A stretch of 62,922 bases of DNA, counting the filler, from Collodictyon triciliatum (Eukaryota): assembly GCA_043381765.1 (NCBI GenBank). It is 9 parts of 9 records of this genome, joined end to end, with 100 filler letters (N's around TTAATTAATTAA, not from the genome) between each part and the next. Parts side by side here need not be neighbours in the genome. Positions count along the whole stretch, not along the records: positions 1 to 7,807 come from JBHJMP010003729.1; positions 7,908 to 15,713 come from JBHJMP010003730.1; 7 more parts are not named here. One strand, written 5' to 3'. Shown here in pieces: positions 1 through 12,396 of the stretch. Within the stretch, counting starts at the first letter, position 1. Each line of letters opens with the position of its first letter. The translations under genes were made by a program, and so were the position numbers. Below the pieces are notes generated by a model. That model was given only the letters and a program-made list of their open reading frames with translations. It was not told the origin of the DNA and searched no databases.

Positions 1-120
1 TATTATTACTATTATTACTATTATTACTATTATTACTATTATTACTATTATTACTATTATTACTATTATTACTATTATTACTATTATTACTATTATTACT
101 ATTATTACTATTATTACTAT
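1..120. repeat. (TATTACTAT)n microsatellite
   Basis: Perfect 9-bp tandem repeat at the window start. Confidence 0.95.
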
Positions 121-2950
121 TTTAATATGTGTGAGATGAGAAGTTTTGGCCTTGTCTCGCTAGCCTTCAGTCAATACACGCATAATTAAATTGGGCAAAA
201 AACCTTTCGATGAACGAAACAATTTTAACGTTCTTCAAAACAACAAAAATAAACTGCACGATGCATATAAATATTTAGTTCGATCAATAATCATCCCAAC
301 AAATGAAATGCCGACATTCTAATCCCTGACGATGAAGGTAGTATCTCTATGCCATTTTCATCATTCCTCTTTATTCCTCGAATTATAATATCAAAATTTA
401 TGAATAGATTTTAAAAATTACTCTATTTTATCATTATTTTAAGATTATGACTGGACTCAAATTCAATTTGTGATCATCTATTGCTCAAATAATATTATTT
501 TAAATTAAAGAAAAACAACTGGGAACGGTTCTAAACATTTTGAAAAGGTAGGGAATAATACCTCGTTATTTAATTAATATATACGTCGCAAAAGATATTG
601 GTTAAGCGAATGAAATAGATTAAAAATCCCTAGTATGATGGTTTTTATTTATTATTCTTTCAATATAGTTATCAAATTATTAATACTTATATTTTGATAT
701 TAACTAAGAGATACTCATAATCATTTACATTTATCTGTATCGTGCTCAATTAAATTCTTTGCATGAACCAAAAGTATCCACCCGTCTATTTCATATTAAA
801 TCTAAATTTATTAACTTTCCAAAAATATATAGAACTAATTGATGTGAGAGAAGTTTTCCTTCTTTTTTAGATTACCGATAAAGTATTGAGCCTCTTTAAA
901 AGCTGACCTTTAAATTCGTTGCCTATACTCTCATCAACATCCACATTTGAACACTAGAATTGTGTTATAATATACATATATCTAGGATCAATTTTCTCGA
1001 TTTTTTAAGAATCTATTTTCAATTTTTAACAACAGACGAAGATCAATGATTTCAAATAAAAATGTCATCCTAAAAAATAAAGCATATTCGATTTAGGTCA
1101 TAAAATACTGCTATGGGCCATTAATTTCATGCTTGATAAGCAACACAATGTAATTCAAGTCATATTTTCAATATGCAATTATAAAGACTGAGGTAAAGGT
1201 GACCATGAGGTATTACGCATATGTTCGTTTATAAAATAAAGGTCACAGGTAACATTATCAATCAAATAACACTTCTTATAAGTTTTGAATTCAAAAAAGC
1301 AAGACTGTAATTTTGAGAAAGTATAAAGCCTCTTTTTCTTCTGAAGTATATTTAATAAATCGATTTTTTGTATTATAATAAAGAACCTTGAGAACATAGT
1401 TTCTTCTTCTTTTTTTTAGAGTCTCATTCCCCAATTTTTTTATAGACTGTATTTCTGATGAATGAAAGTCGTTAACATTCTTGGATTTTGCACCTCAAAA
1501 ACTTAATATTCAAAATATATAGCATAAAAAAGCTCAAAAATAGTGTTCTAAAATCTTTCAAATAATCAAAATTAACCCAAATTTTATCATGATTTAATTT
1601 TAGTTAAAAAATCATAACATTTATAAATAAATATGTAATTTCAAATTGTGCATAGACTAAATGACTAAGTTATATTTTTTAGTGGATAATTTGGAATTCA
1701 ATAAATTTAGCCATCATCAATCATCTATACTAAGAAAACATAACAAAATTACCTCAGAAAGTCTCTTAATCAATAAAAGAAACAAAGTTAATTTTAACCG
1801 CTTTCTTTTGTCTTAAAATTTTATCTTAAAATATTAGAAAAAAGATATAATAAACTGACATTATTGAAAAATATAAACAATCATCATCATAGAAAAATTA
1901 AACCGAATATTTCTTAAAAAAACCTATTTAGTAAATATCATGCGATTATTATAAAAAACATCGGGTATAAAGTATGATAATTTTTAATATAATATGTTAT
2001 TTTCATTTTGCTACTCTATGAAAAGCTGTGAATTTTAAAGTTGAACATATAATGTTTTTTATCTGGTCCGCAATATCTACAAAAAAATTAATTAGGAGGA
2101 AAACATGGGCGGTAATTTTCTATTTTACAAGAATTCTACTTTATTATTTAATTTTATTATTCATTTTAATTGCTAAAAGTCTGGGGGCAGTCATTCATAA
2201 TGAAATATTCAATACAATTACTTTTAAATCATATAAACTATGCTTATTTCTTGTGTCTATATGTTCTATAGAGAAATACATCTAGGTTATCTACTTGTGT
2301 TTTATATCAATACTGACTGATGCTAACGGTAATAAACTTATTTCATTTTCAGCAAAATTACCCGATTTATTTACAGAGAAATGGTCTGATTATAGAGGAT
2401 AAATGCTAATACCTTTTGGTGGTATAAAATAGAGCTATATAATTGTACATTTTTCTAAAAAAAATTCCTGTCCTATCATCCTTTTTGCCTCATTAAGCAC
2501 AAAATAGTGAAATTTTTTGGTTTGTTGACTTTCTTGAATCTAACTGACCCAAGTTTTTTTTATTAAGTACGTTCTGTATATTCAGATTTTCAGTTTAGAG
2601 CTAGTCAGTTTTATAAAATAAATAAGAAAATTTAGCCTTTTTTAACCGGTTTCTTAAAAGTATCTCTCAAGAGGGGAATGCATCTAATAATTGCATTATT
2701 ATCAATCAATTTATAGTATTGATTGGAGAGATATACGATTTGCCCAACAATAATTGATACATAATTATTTTATTTTTCATCTTAATGATATATAAAGGAT
2801 TTAGGCCATACCAAATAATTTTATGCTGGTCAATTCTCTTTTGAATATAGCGCATATCATATAACCGCAGAGAAATACATATCTACGTGAAATTTATTTG
2901 TTATTTTCAAATATTTGTTTATTAATTTTTCTCTTGAAACTAATCATAGA

Positions 2951-5900
2951 ATGAGATTTGCTTTAGAGTTATTTTCCTTAGCCGTAATGTGTGGTATGTT
3001 CACATTTGCTTTACAAATTCGATCTAAGCGCCATTTCATAGATATATTCTAATTATTACACTATAGGACTTTTAAACAATTTTTCCAATCGGGATGTAAA
3101 AGGACAAGAATACTTGTTAAGCACATTAAATGGCCACACAAGTTCCGTGTACGCTGTTGCTATTACCTCTGAGGGGTCAACAATAATTTCTGGAAGCAAT
3201 GATAACACTATAAGGGTGTGGAGTTTGACAGATGGGAAGCTGATCCGCTCTTGGGTTGCGCATGGAATTACTATTTGGAGTGTCGCCATATCTCCAACTG
3301 ATTCAGAAATAATCTCTTGCAGCACTGACAGAACCATAAAAATGTGGAAACTTTTGGATGGTACTTTAATTCGGTCATGGATTGCACACACAGATCGTGT
3401 TCTCGCTGTAGTTATTACTACTGATAGCTCAAAAATCATCTCTGGAAGTTCAGATAGCACCATCAAAATATGGAATCCTTCAAATGGGGCTTTGATTGGT
3501 ACATTACTTGGACATGTTGGTTATGTTTCTAGTATTGCTGTTTCTCCAAATAATACGATAATTGTATCTGGTGGCAATGACAAATCAATAAAAATTTGGA
3601 ATGTGTCAGATGGTGCTTTGACTCGCACATTGACTGGTCACACTGGTAAGATTGAATGTATTGCTACCACACCTGATGGATTAAAAATTGTTTCTGGCGG
3701 GGTGGATAAGACACTTATGATTTGGAGTGTTTTTGATGGATCCCTAGATTTTACATTAATGGGTCATACTAATATTGTTTTCTGTGTTTTCGTTACTCCT
3801 GATGGCTCCAAAATTATTTCTGGAGGTGGTGATTTTACTTTAAAAGTTTAGAATTTATCAGACGGCTCCCTGATTCGTACATTGACTAGCCACATCGATG
3901 ATGTCTACAGTGTTGTTGTCACTCCTGATGGGTCAAAAATATTATCTGGCAGTGGAGATACCGCAATAAAAATTTGGGGACTTTGTGCAAATGGATATTT
4001 TTACGATACAAAATCAAAAACTTGGATGTTATGCCCAATTGGAAGTTACAGCCTGGGAGGCATTTTGGTATGTGATTTGTGTCCTTTAGGAACATACAAT
4101 CCGACCACTGGAGCAAAAAATATTTCCTCCTGTTATTTGTGCGAACCTGGTACGTACAATTCATATTACGGACAGTCATCATGCACATCATGTGCTAAGG
4201 GAACTTATAACCCTTTCCATGGTGCAAAAAATTCACTTGATTGTATTGCATGTGAGCCAGGAACATATAATCCTTCTGAGGGGCAGAAATCATGCATCTC
4301 TTGCGAACTGGGATTTTATAACAAAAACTACAAAGGAACTTATTGTAGTCCTTGCCAACCAGGAACATTTTCAAACAAAACTGAAGCACATTTTTGTCTA
4401 GATTGTCCTGCAGGTACTTTCAACATAAATTCTGGCTCCAAAAATTTCACTGATTGTCCTCCTTGTAAAAAAGGAGAATTCTCTAATGCAGCAGCAGCAG
4501 TCACTTGTTCACTGTGCAGATCAGGTAGTTACAGCGACGAAGAGGGGCTATCAGAATGCAAGAAATACCACGGCGGTACATTCAATCCTCTTTTTGGTGC
4601 CACTAGCAACTTTTCATGCATCGAATGTCCGCAAGGCACACACGGGAATGACAAAAAAGATGATTGCATATCGTGTCCAGCTGGAACTTTCAACAATAAT
4701 ACAAGTGCATCAGATATATCTTCATGCATTTCATGCCCAAACGGAAGCTACAGCTCAGAAAGAAGTTCATCATGCTTTTTATGTTCACCAGGATTCTATC
4801 AAAAAGAATACTTGACAAAGGACTCTACTTCATGCTTTGCATGCTCAAAAGGTACATTCAACTCAAAATCCGGTTCATATGGAAACTCATCGTGCGCTGT
4901 ATGTCCACAAGGTACTTGGAATCATGAAAATGGGCAAGTCTCTTGTAAATCATGTCCAGCTGGAACATTCAACAATAAAACTGGTTCTTTGGATCAATCT
5001 TCTTGTGTTATATGTCCAAAAGGTAGCTACAGTTCCGAAAGAAGCTCATCATGCAATTCATGCCCTTCACGTGCGATAACTGTGAGAGAAGGAGCCAAAA
5101 ACATCGGCGAATGCGAATGTATCAAAACATATACCCCTATGTTCAATACATGCACTTGCCCTCCAGGAAAATCTGAAGATGGTAATGCGTGTGTTCTATG
5201 TAAAGCTGGTTCGTATAAGTCAACATACGACACAAATTTTTGCTTATCATGTGGAGATGGCTTTACGACAAAAAATAATGGTTCGACAAGAGTTACAGAA
5301 TGCATTTGCAAGATTGGGTTTGAATTTCTTGATAACTTGACCTGTGAGTGCAAACCTGGGTGGTATCAGAAGCAAGATGAGTGTTTTAAATGCCCTCCTG
5401 GAACTTTCAATGAACAATATGGACAAAGTCATTGCAAAGACTGCCCCTCAAACTCATATTCAAACTCAACAGGTTCTGCATCTATTAATGTCTGCAAATG
5501 TCTTTCAAATACATATTTTGACCCTGCCAACTATAAATGTGAGCCTTGTCCAGAAGGATTTGTCTGCGATGGAAGTGATAAATTGAATGTAGCCCCCGGA
5601 TACTGGCAGGCTACTAGTTCATACGGCGAATACTTGGCGTACAAATGCCTGAATCAGGAAGCTTGTAATGGAGGTAACAACACGTGTGCTGAAGGCTATC
5701 AAGGAGTATTGTGCAGTATTTGTGAAAAAAATTACGGGAAATCGGGTCATTCTTGTTATCAATGCGGATCAAAGCATTTGAATGGATTTATTGTCTTTCT
5801 AACTATTGCTATTCCTCTTTCATTCATTTTCTTTATGATAGAGCAATCAAAACAAACACAGACAGGAAATATTCAAATACTTAAATCAATCTCTACCCAT

Positions 5901-6986
5901 TATCAAGTTTTGTCATATCTGGCCAATTTCGATGTCAATTGGAGCTCTGCTCTCATCTTGGCCATGAAAATTCCTGCTTTGTTCTCATTTTCTCTGTCAA
6001 TTGACAGTTATGCTATGGAGTGCCAGTTTAGGATGTCAATATTTGACAAGCTAACTTACTCCATGATAACTCCGTTGGTGCTTTTAGTCATTGTTATCAT
6101 AGTGGCTTCAATCAACGGAATACAGTCTCTTTACACTGAGAATACCACAGGCACTAAGTTTACCTGGGAAAATTGGCGATATGAAATCAAATATTCAATG
6201 CTCGTCATGCTTTTTTTTGTTCATCCTGCGATAACTTCAAGCATATCAGAAATATTTCCTTGTGAAACACTTGGGGATGTAAGTTACTTGAAGGCAGACA
6301 TGTCTATAGTCTGTAATGGTACATCATATATCATGTGGAGGAATATATCATTGCTATATTTGATTTTGTATTGCTTTGGAGGACCCTTCTTGATTATGCT
6401 GCATATCGTTAAGAAAAAGAGCTACTTGAGGGACCCATCCTCGAAAACATATATTTTATTAAGATTCTTGGTTGAAGGATATAATGAAAAAGTTCAATAC
6501 TGGGAAGTTATTTTGATGATGCAAAAATTATTAATAGTAATTATCAGTGCGTTCCTTTCAGCATCATTGCAAATCTTTTTTGGACTATGGCTTCTCTTTA
6601 TCATGATGTTTTCTTCGATTCATTTCAAACCATATACATCCAATGTGCTCAGGAAGTCTCAGATACAATCACTCATCGTTCTGTACTTCACCTTGATGTT
6701 GAGTCTGCTGTTTCGATACAAAAACATCGATCAAAATATGGAGCTAGTCTTAGTGATATTAGTTATATTTTTGAACACAGGAGTCGGAATTGTTTTCCTG
6801 TCAAAGGCAGGGCCTGTGGTTGTCAGACTAATTTTAACAAAAATAATGACTTTTTTTCGTATTACGTGGAATTTTGTGTCTGAAAGTTCTTTTATCTACT
6901 GCATGCGTATGAAAATTAGAAAAAGATTACATTTGGATACAGAACTACATGACACCTCTCATATGGAGGTGGTGAAGCAGAGCTAG
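2951..6986 (+). CDS. Signal peptide + 7x WD40 + Cys-rich (GCC2/GCC3, TNFR-like) repeats + multipass membrane domain, ~1320 aa; in-frame TAG at 3849-3851 (possible pseudogene or recoding)
   Basis: Exon 1 2951-2993 (MRFALELFSLAVMC G|gtatgt) splices to 3067 (ctatag|). ORFs 3114-3851 and 3882-6986 are in the same frame and joined by TAG at the WD40 Trp position. There are many CxxCPxGT(F/Y) repeats. The C-terminal hydrophobic helices carry YLKADMSIVC, YWEVILMMQK and KPY motifs. Confidence 0.85.
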
Positions 6987-7230
6987 TTTTATCTGGTACT
7001 GATTTCATCCGAATATCCCAGGATAGTCACGATTCCATTTTATTTCAAAAATATGCTTTCTTGTGCCAATTCCTCCGATCATTTCTTTCGAAAATGCTCA
7101 AACCCTCAAACCAGACTCAATAAATCCGGCACCTAAATAATCTAAAAAAGAGATTAAAAACGAAACAAACTTCAAGTAAATGTATAATCGATGTAATGAA
7201 ATTAAAAATAAAATGAATTAAAACTTTACA

Positions 7231-7807
7231 TTATTTTTCCTTTCAATTTTGTGCAAGATGGTGGAGATGTTGGCTTTGGTTCGCTAGCCATCGTTTACAT
7301 GAACGCTACCTGATGGCTGGGTGGCGGAGAAGTAGTCGGTAATCAGGAATTACATCCTGCGGTTTGGCCTGTAGCCTGGGTCTTGTGCTTGCATGAGAGA
7401 GACAAGGCGAGGTTGAATCTCTTTCTCTGCTTCTTTCCACATATCTCTTCTCACAAGGTCTGAGTAGTAGAGAACGTGCAGGTGGCGAAGAAAGATATTG
7501 AGGAAAGAGATTTGTATGATGTCATCCAGCCTATTACCAGGAATAGGTGGCTGGTTCTTGAGTCTTGCTTTGCGTGAGTATATGCGTGCTATCCACATAG
7601 TCCATAGCAAATGGCCTCGCATCACTGCCCAGAGTGTTTTTTCGCATCTGAGTGCAGCTGTTGCAGAGGCCCAAATATCGCCTGGATTGGACCAACAGCC
7701 GCAGCCGTCTTGAGTGTCAGTCGAAGAATCTCACCGGCTGTTTCGCGCAGGTTTTGAGCGAAGGGACATTGCACAAATGTGTGCTCAATGGATTCATCAC
7801 CGTTGCT
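7231..7807 (-). mobile_element. 3' end of non-LTR retrotransposon (L1/Tx1-like ORF2 C-terminus + 3' UTR), frameshifted
   Basis: The minus strand reads DESIEHTFVQCPFA (zinc-knuckle ExxxHxFxxC) and then, after a frameshift in an A-run, TLWAVMRGHLLWTMWIAR (LINE WxxWxxR motif). The 3' UTR matches copies at 19017 and 56842. It is cut by the gap. Confidence 0.8.
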
Positions 7808-7907
7808 NNNNNNNNNNNNNNNNNNNNNNNNNNNNNNNNNNNNNNNNNNNNTTAATTAATTAANNNNNNNNNNNNNNNNNNNNNNNNNNNNNNNNNNNNN
7901 NNNNNNN
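7808..7907. other. Artificial scaffold gap linker N44-TTAATTAATTAA-N44 (also 15714-15813, 23621-23720, 29898-29997, 44349-44448, 52241-52340, 55638-55737, 60226-60325)
   Basis: Eight identical 100-bp blocks with a six-frame stop linker embedded in Ns. Confidence 0.97.
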
Positions 7908-9664
7908 CGATGTATTGAAACCCGACGACGACGTGAAATGCATGACAAATCTTGTGGAAGGTCGATTTTTCGTAGAATATTGACAAGCGTGCATCTAACT
8001 TGGACGCTAGAAATATTTAAAAAAAATTATAACACTAAATAGAGAACCAGAATATAAAAATCCAAAAAAAAAAAAAAAGGGACATTTATCCAAAGAAATA
8101 GAGTAAATAAACTGGGGGGTTTGTAAGAAATGAAGGAATCAATTTTCGTAAAATTTCCGAATAGAAATGAGCAAACTTTCGACGGTAGAGATCATTTCTA
8201 TTTCCATGTCAACTAAATTGGTAAACAGATCCAGCTTTTGGTTGTCGTTTTGGCACAGGTGAAAGGCATGCACAAGAATATCATGAATAGACCACGGCGG
8301 CACAATCGTCAAGAGGGGATAAATTAGCTTCGGGTGAAGCAGGTTCTAGATAGGGAAAAAGAGAATAAATTAATTAAAAATATGACTAAAATAGACTAAA
8401 ATAAAAATAAAACAGAAACAATACAGAATAGAATGAAACATCTTCAACCAGAAGTATGAAAAAGCCAAGATAAAATATGTAAACGATATAAATAAATTTT
8501 TATTTTTTTTATGGAATATCGAATATACTGAAAAGAGGAAAAAATGGAACAAAAGAAGATGCCTCAAGAGACCTTTACTACTAACTCATCGCAAACAACA
8601 CTGTGCCCGAATCGTTCCAGTGCAGTCGCATTCAAAGAAGTATCCTCCGTCATTACGGCGAATGAACTGGATAAAATGGGCGAGTGAAACGAGGCAGACT
8701 CATCAGGGATTTGATATCCCGCGTCCTGGCCGGACGGAGAGGCCAGCGCCATCTCCGGAACTGGGTTATCCTGCTCAATCGAATCTGCTTTGCGGTCGTC
8801 CTGATCATAGTCAAAATCACCATTGCCTCCCATCGGATCAACCACATCAACCGATGCCGGCTCTTCCATCGGATTTGGATCCGTGTAGACATTCCTGCTC
8901 TCAGCAACAAACGGTTTCATATCAGGAGACCCTTAAAAAAAAAAGCATTCGCAATGCCAAGAGATTAATATGAGTGTATGCATGATAAGAATCTAGTTCG
9001 ATTTTCTCTGGATAAAAAAAAAGTGGATGTTTGATATATAAGCTTAACAAGAAAATATATTTATCGAATATCGACACATTATGACTTAGAATATTGAGAT
9101 GGGCATTGTTGGAGATGTTGAGGGACACAATGTGTGAGCTTTCACAGCGGAGGAATAAGAGGAAATGAAATGAAATGAAATGAAAGAACCTTGTGGCTGT
9201 GCAGAAAAGAGCAGAGGCTCTGTGGGAACAAAAGCAGGGTTAATTGCCCGTGCAGAAAAGCGCCGATCATCAAAGTAGAGATCATCCTCGTCCTCCATCT
9301 CGTCGTCCTGCTCCTCATCGGCGTTATCGTCCTCCTCCTCTCCTGCGGCCTTGGAGGACCCGTGGCTCTTTGCAAACTGCTCGACCTGATCTGCCTCGTA
9401 ACTCTGCTTCAGCGAATACATAGTCTCGGCGTCGATTTCGAGCGCACGGCGAGAGTTTTGGCGGTAAACGGCCTTTGGAAGAGTTATGTGTGGTTCTTTG
9501 TTTTCTGAGGGTGAAAAGGGCGCCGAGTTGGCAAAGACTGCGGCTCTGAGTTCGGTATTCGCCTTCACTGGTGTTGCAAGGGATGAAGAGTCCGTCATTG
9601 CTTTGTCCCCGGCTGTCTTGGATCGATCCATCTTACGGAGGCGTTGGATGATCAGACGAGTCAT
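7908..9664 (-). CDS. RasGAP-like domain protein with acidic disordered N-terminus, 3'-partial
   Basis: Phase-consistent GT-AG exons give MTRLIIQ...QPQG|SPDMKPF...ELVVK|NLLHPK...LFTNLVDMEIEMISTVE|TSKLDARLSIFYEKSTFHKICHAFHVVVGFQYI. The spacing matches the RasGAP motif TLFRxNSxxxK-x9-GxxYL. Confidence 0.6.
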
Positions 9665-9672
9665 TTTCAGGG

Positions 9673-9915
9673 AGATTGTTGTGATTGTTGTGATTGTTGT
9701 GATTGTTGTGATTGTTGTGATTGTTGTGATTGTTGTGATTGTTGTGATTGTTGTGATTGTTGTGATTGTTGTGATTGTTTTGATTGTTTTGATTGTTTTG
9801 ATTGTTTTGATTGTTTTGATTGTTTTGATTGTTTTGATTGTTTTGATTGTTTTGATTGTTTTGATTGTTTTGATTGTTTTGATTGTTTTGGTTGTTTTAA
9901 TTGTTTTGATTGTTT
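9673..9915. repeat. Compound microsatellite (GATTGTTGT)n then (GATTGTTTT)n
   Basis: Visible 9-bp tandem repeat with a unit switch near 9775. Confidence 0.95.
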
Positions 9916-11252
9916 GAGTATGTGTGTGGTTGGCACATCCACGGACTCCCACAATGAACACGAGAAAAGAGGGCCTTCCAGCGCAAAGACGCCAGAGTTT
10001 GGGGTGTATTTATTCACTTGTGTGGGACATTGGCGCTGCGATTCGTTTGGAGATCCAAGCCGATGCGCTTTCGTTGCTTGAAGGGAAGGATTCTGAAGGT
10101 TGAAAGAGAGGTGAACAATTCAATGGAAAAGGCCTGTTGTGGTGGTTATCATCTGTATCTGGAATAAGTACATATCTGGATTTTATGATATAAGTGTACA
10201 AATATCAATAAGAGAGGGTTTGATTCAGCCGCTCTAATGTATTTTTTGTCTGCTCTTATAATTTTATTTCATTGTGTGGCTGCACGTGGTTAGGTGCTTG
10301 GAGAGAAGAGAAGAGTGGAAAGGTGTATGGGAATGGTGTTGTTGGAATGACAAAGAGAACGGGGGTGAGGACTCTGTTGGTTTTTTTTCTTTTCGAAAGT
10401 ACAAGGCAACATAAGATAACATCAGGCAACCACAATGAGGTGATTCTTCATCACATTAGATCTCAACTCTCAAGCTTCTCTGCAAACAGAAAAGTTATAT
10501 TTTCAAACACCATCTTGTCCGCTTTTGACTTTTCTTATCCAACGTTTGAGCTGACTGGGTTCATCAATACCTACCCACTGATTCCCGAGCTCTGATTAAA
10601 TCAGAACTGAGAGAGGGTAGGGCGTAACAAAACTCAGATCACCGTCGAAAAATTATGCGAACCCAGAGAGGATATTTGCTTCTCTATCTAGTAACTGCGA
10701 CTAGAAGCGAGTAGAGAGAAAGATTATAAATGTAACAGGTCTGATGTTTTGCCGTGTATAAGGAAAGAAGTGGGTCGGAAGAAAAAGAAAACCAAAGGTA
10801 GAGTTATGAGGAAGTGTGTGAAAAGGAACAAAATGACGATTCAAATCCAGATGATTTTCGGATGAAGTCCATGTGAGTTTGAATCTTCATTGGAGAAGAA
10901 AATTTTTTTTTTCTCACGATATTGCATGCAAAGGTACTCGAAGAACTTTCACGCAATATCTCTGAAGAAAAAAAAACAGGTATTCCATAAAGATAACCTG
11001 CGAGAAAGTGATGGAAGTTTAGTTTATGAGAGAAAGAAGTTGATTTTTTTTTATGATTGTATTCACTATACTCAAATTTGCTTACATTATTTTTCAGAAG
11101 GAGCAGACGGGCGTGTGATGCATCTAATAACAGTGATATCAAAATTTAATAATTAAAATTGCAGTGATTTGATTGCCACATATTTCACACAATAGGAACA
11201 GGGTACTATCATTTCAAGTTGGTAAGTAGGAGATTGTCAAGCCCCTCTCACC

Positions 11253-12396
11253 TTAAAGCAAGTTGCATTCGGATTTTTTCTTGATTGCCTTCACGGGTGT
11301 CATTGATACTTTGATTGATTCATCAAAGACCTTTTTAAGGTTGCGCTGGGTCATGGCAGAGCATTCAATATAACGAACCGCGCCAACCTCCTTGGACAGC
11401 TGTCTCCCCTATTTTCGAATGTGAAGTTTTTTCGGTTATATGATCCAAAGTTATTGTTCATTAGGAATGGAGTCTTTTTCGAGACTTGATAAAACATGCA
11501 ATTCTCATACGAAAAGTTTTTTTTTTTTTAGTAAACAAGCACATTACAAAGGAATGAATGCATACCTGCTCCTCCGTAATCACAGATAGCTTCTTTTGGC
11601 GAAGGGTTTCGATAACTTCCTCATCTCCTCTCATGTCCAGCTTGGTGCCAACAAGGATTATTGGTGTCTTTGGTGCATGATGACGGATTTCGGGTATCCA
11701 CTATGCACAACAGATGTCTTTATCATTGAAGAAAGAAACATTGGAGGGGCTATACTTTCATTTTCAAATTATGTTGTTGATCCTAAACATACCTTCGCTT
11801 TCACGTTTTCAAAGGAACTTGGGCTGATGATAGAAAAACAGACGAGGAAAACATCAGTCTGTCCATAACTCAACGGGCGAAGGCGGTCATAATCTTCTTG
11901 CCCTGAAGTGAAATTATTTCAATCCTAGCAATACCGAAGCTTGGGATAATCAAGTGCATAATTTTCCTCCTTAGGTAAATTTCATGTATATTAAACCGCG
12001 TAATCATCCCCTTCTTACCGGCTGTGTCCCATAAACTCAGGGATATTGGCTTTCCGTCCACCATGACATTTGCTGAGTAGTTGTCGAAGACAGTTGGCGC
12101 GTATTCCCCATGAAATGCATTTGTTGTGTAAGACAGGAGCAAACATGTTTTTCTGAGTGAAAAGAAAAAAACTGATATTAGCGATGTAAAATACTTGCCA
12201 CCTTTCTTTTTTTTCTGGTGTTCGTTCCTGGTTTAGTTATGGCAAGGTTGGTGGATATTCTGTTAGTGTCTTGACTTTGCACCGGGAATGCCCCGCACAC
12301 CAAAACACCTCAAAATAATAGAAGTAGGTAGATTGGGTACCAATCAACTCACCCAACAGCACCATCCCCAACAGCGACGCACTTGATGTGTTGCAT
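11253..12396 (-). CDS. rac: Rac-family (Rho) small GTPase, 5 exons, C-terminal CaaX CNLL
   Basis: [40 protein letters not shown]...[18 protein letters not shown]...|[22 protein letters not shown]...|...YIECSAMTQ...KKKSECNLL*. Confidence 0.95.

Noticed and set aside
1-120. Telomeric repeat
   Set aside because: The TATTACTAT unit lacks a G/C-run strand and resembles the many other microsatellites at contig ends.
121-2950. Short ORFs (1179-1397, 2028-2285) or a decayed transposon in the AT-rich stretch
   Set aside because: No recognisable motifs, terminal repeats or coherent exon chain.
9486-10081. ORFs with poly(TIK/TIT), poly(CCD/CFD), poly(QSK) and similar poly-K/F/I ORFs elsewhere (18245-19097, 37494-38138, 57995-58397)
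   Set aside because: They are translations of stop-free microsatellites with no splice or domain support.
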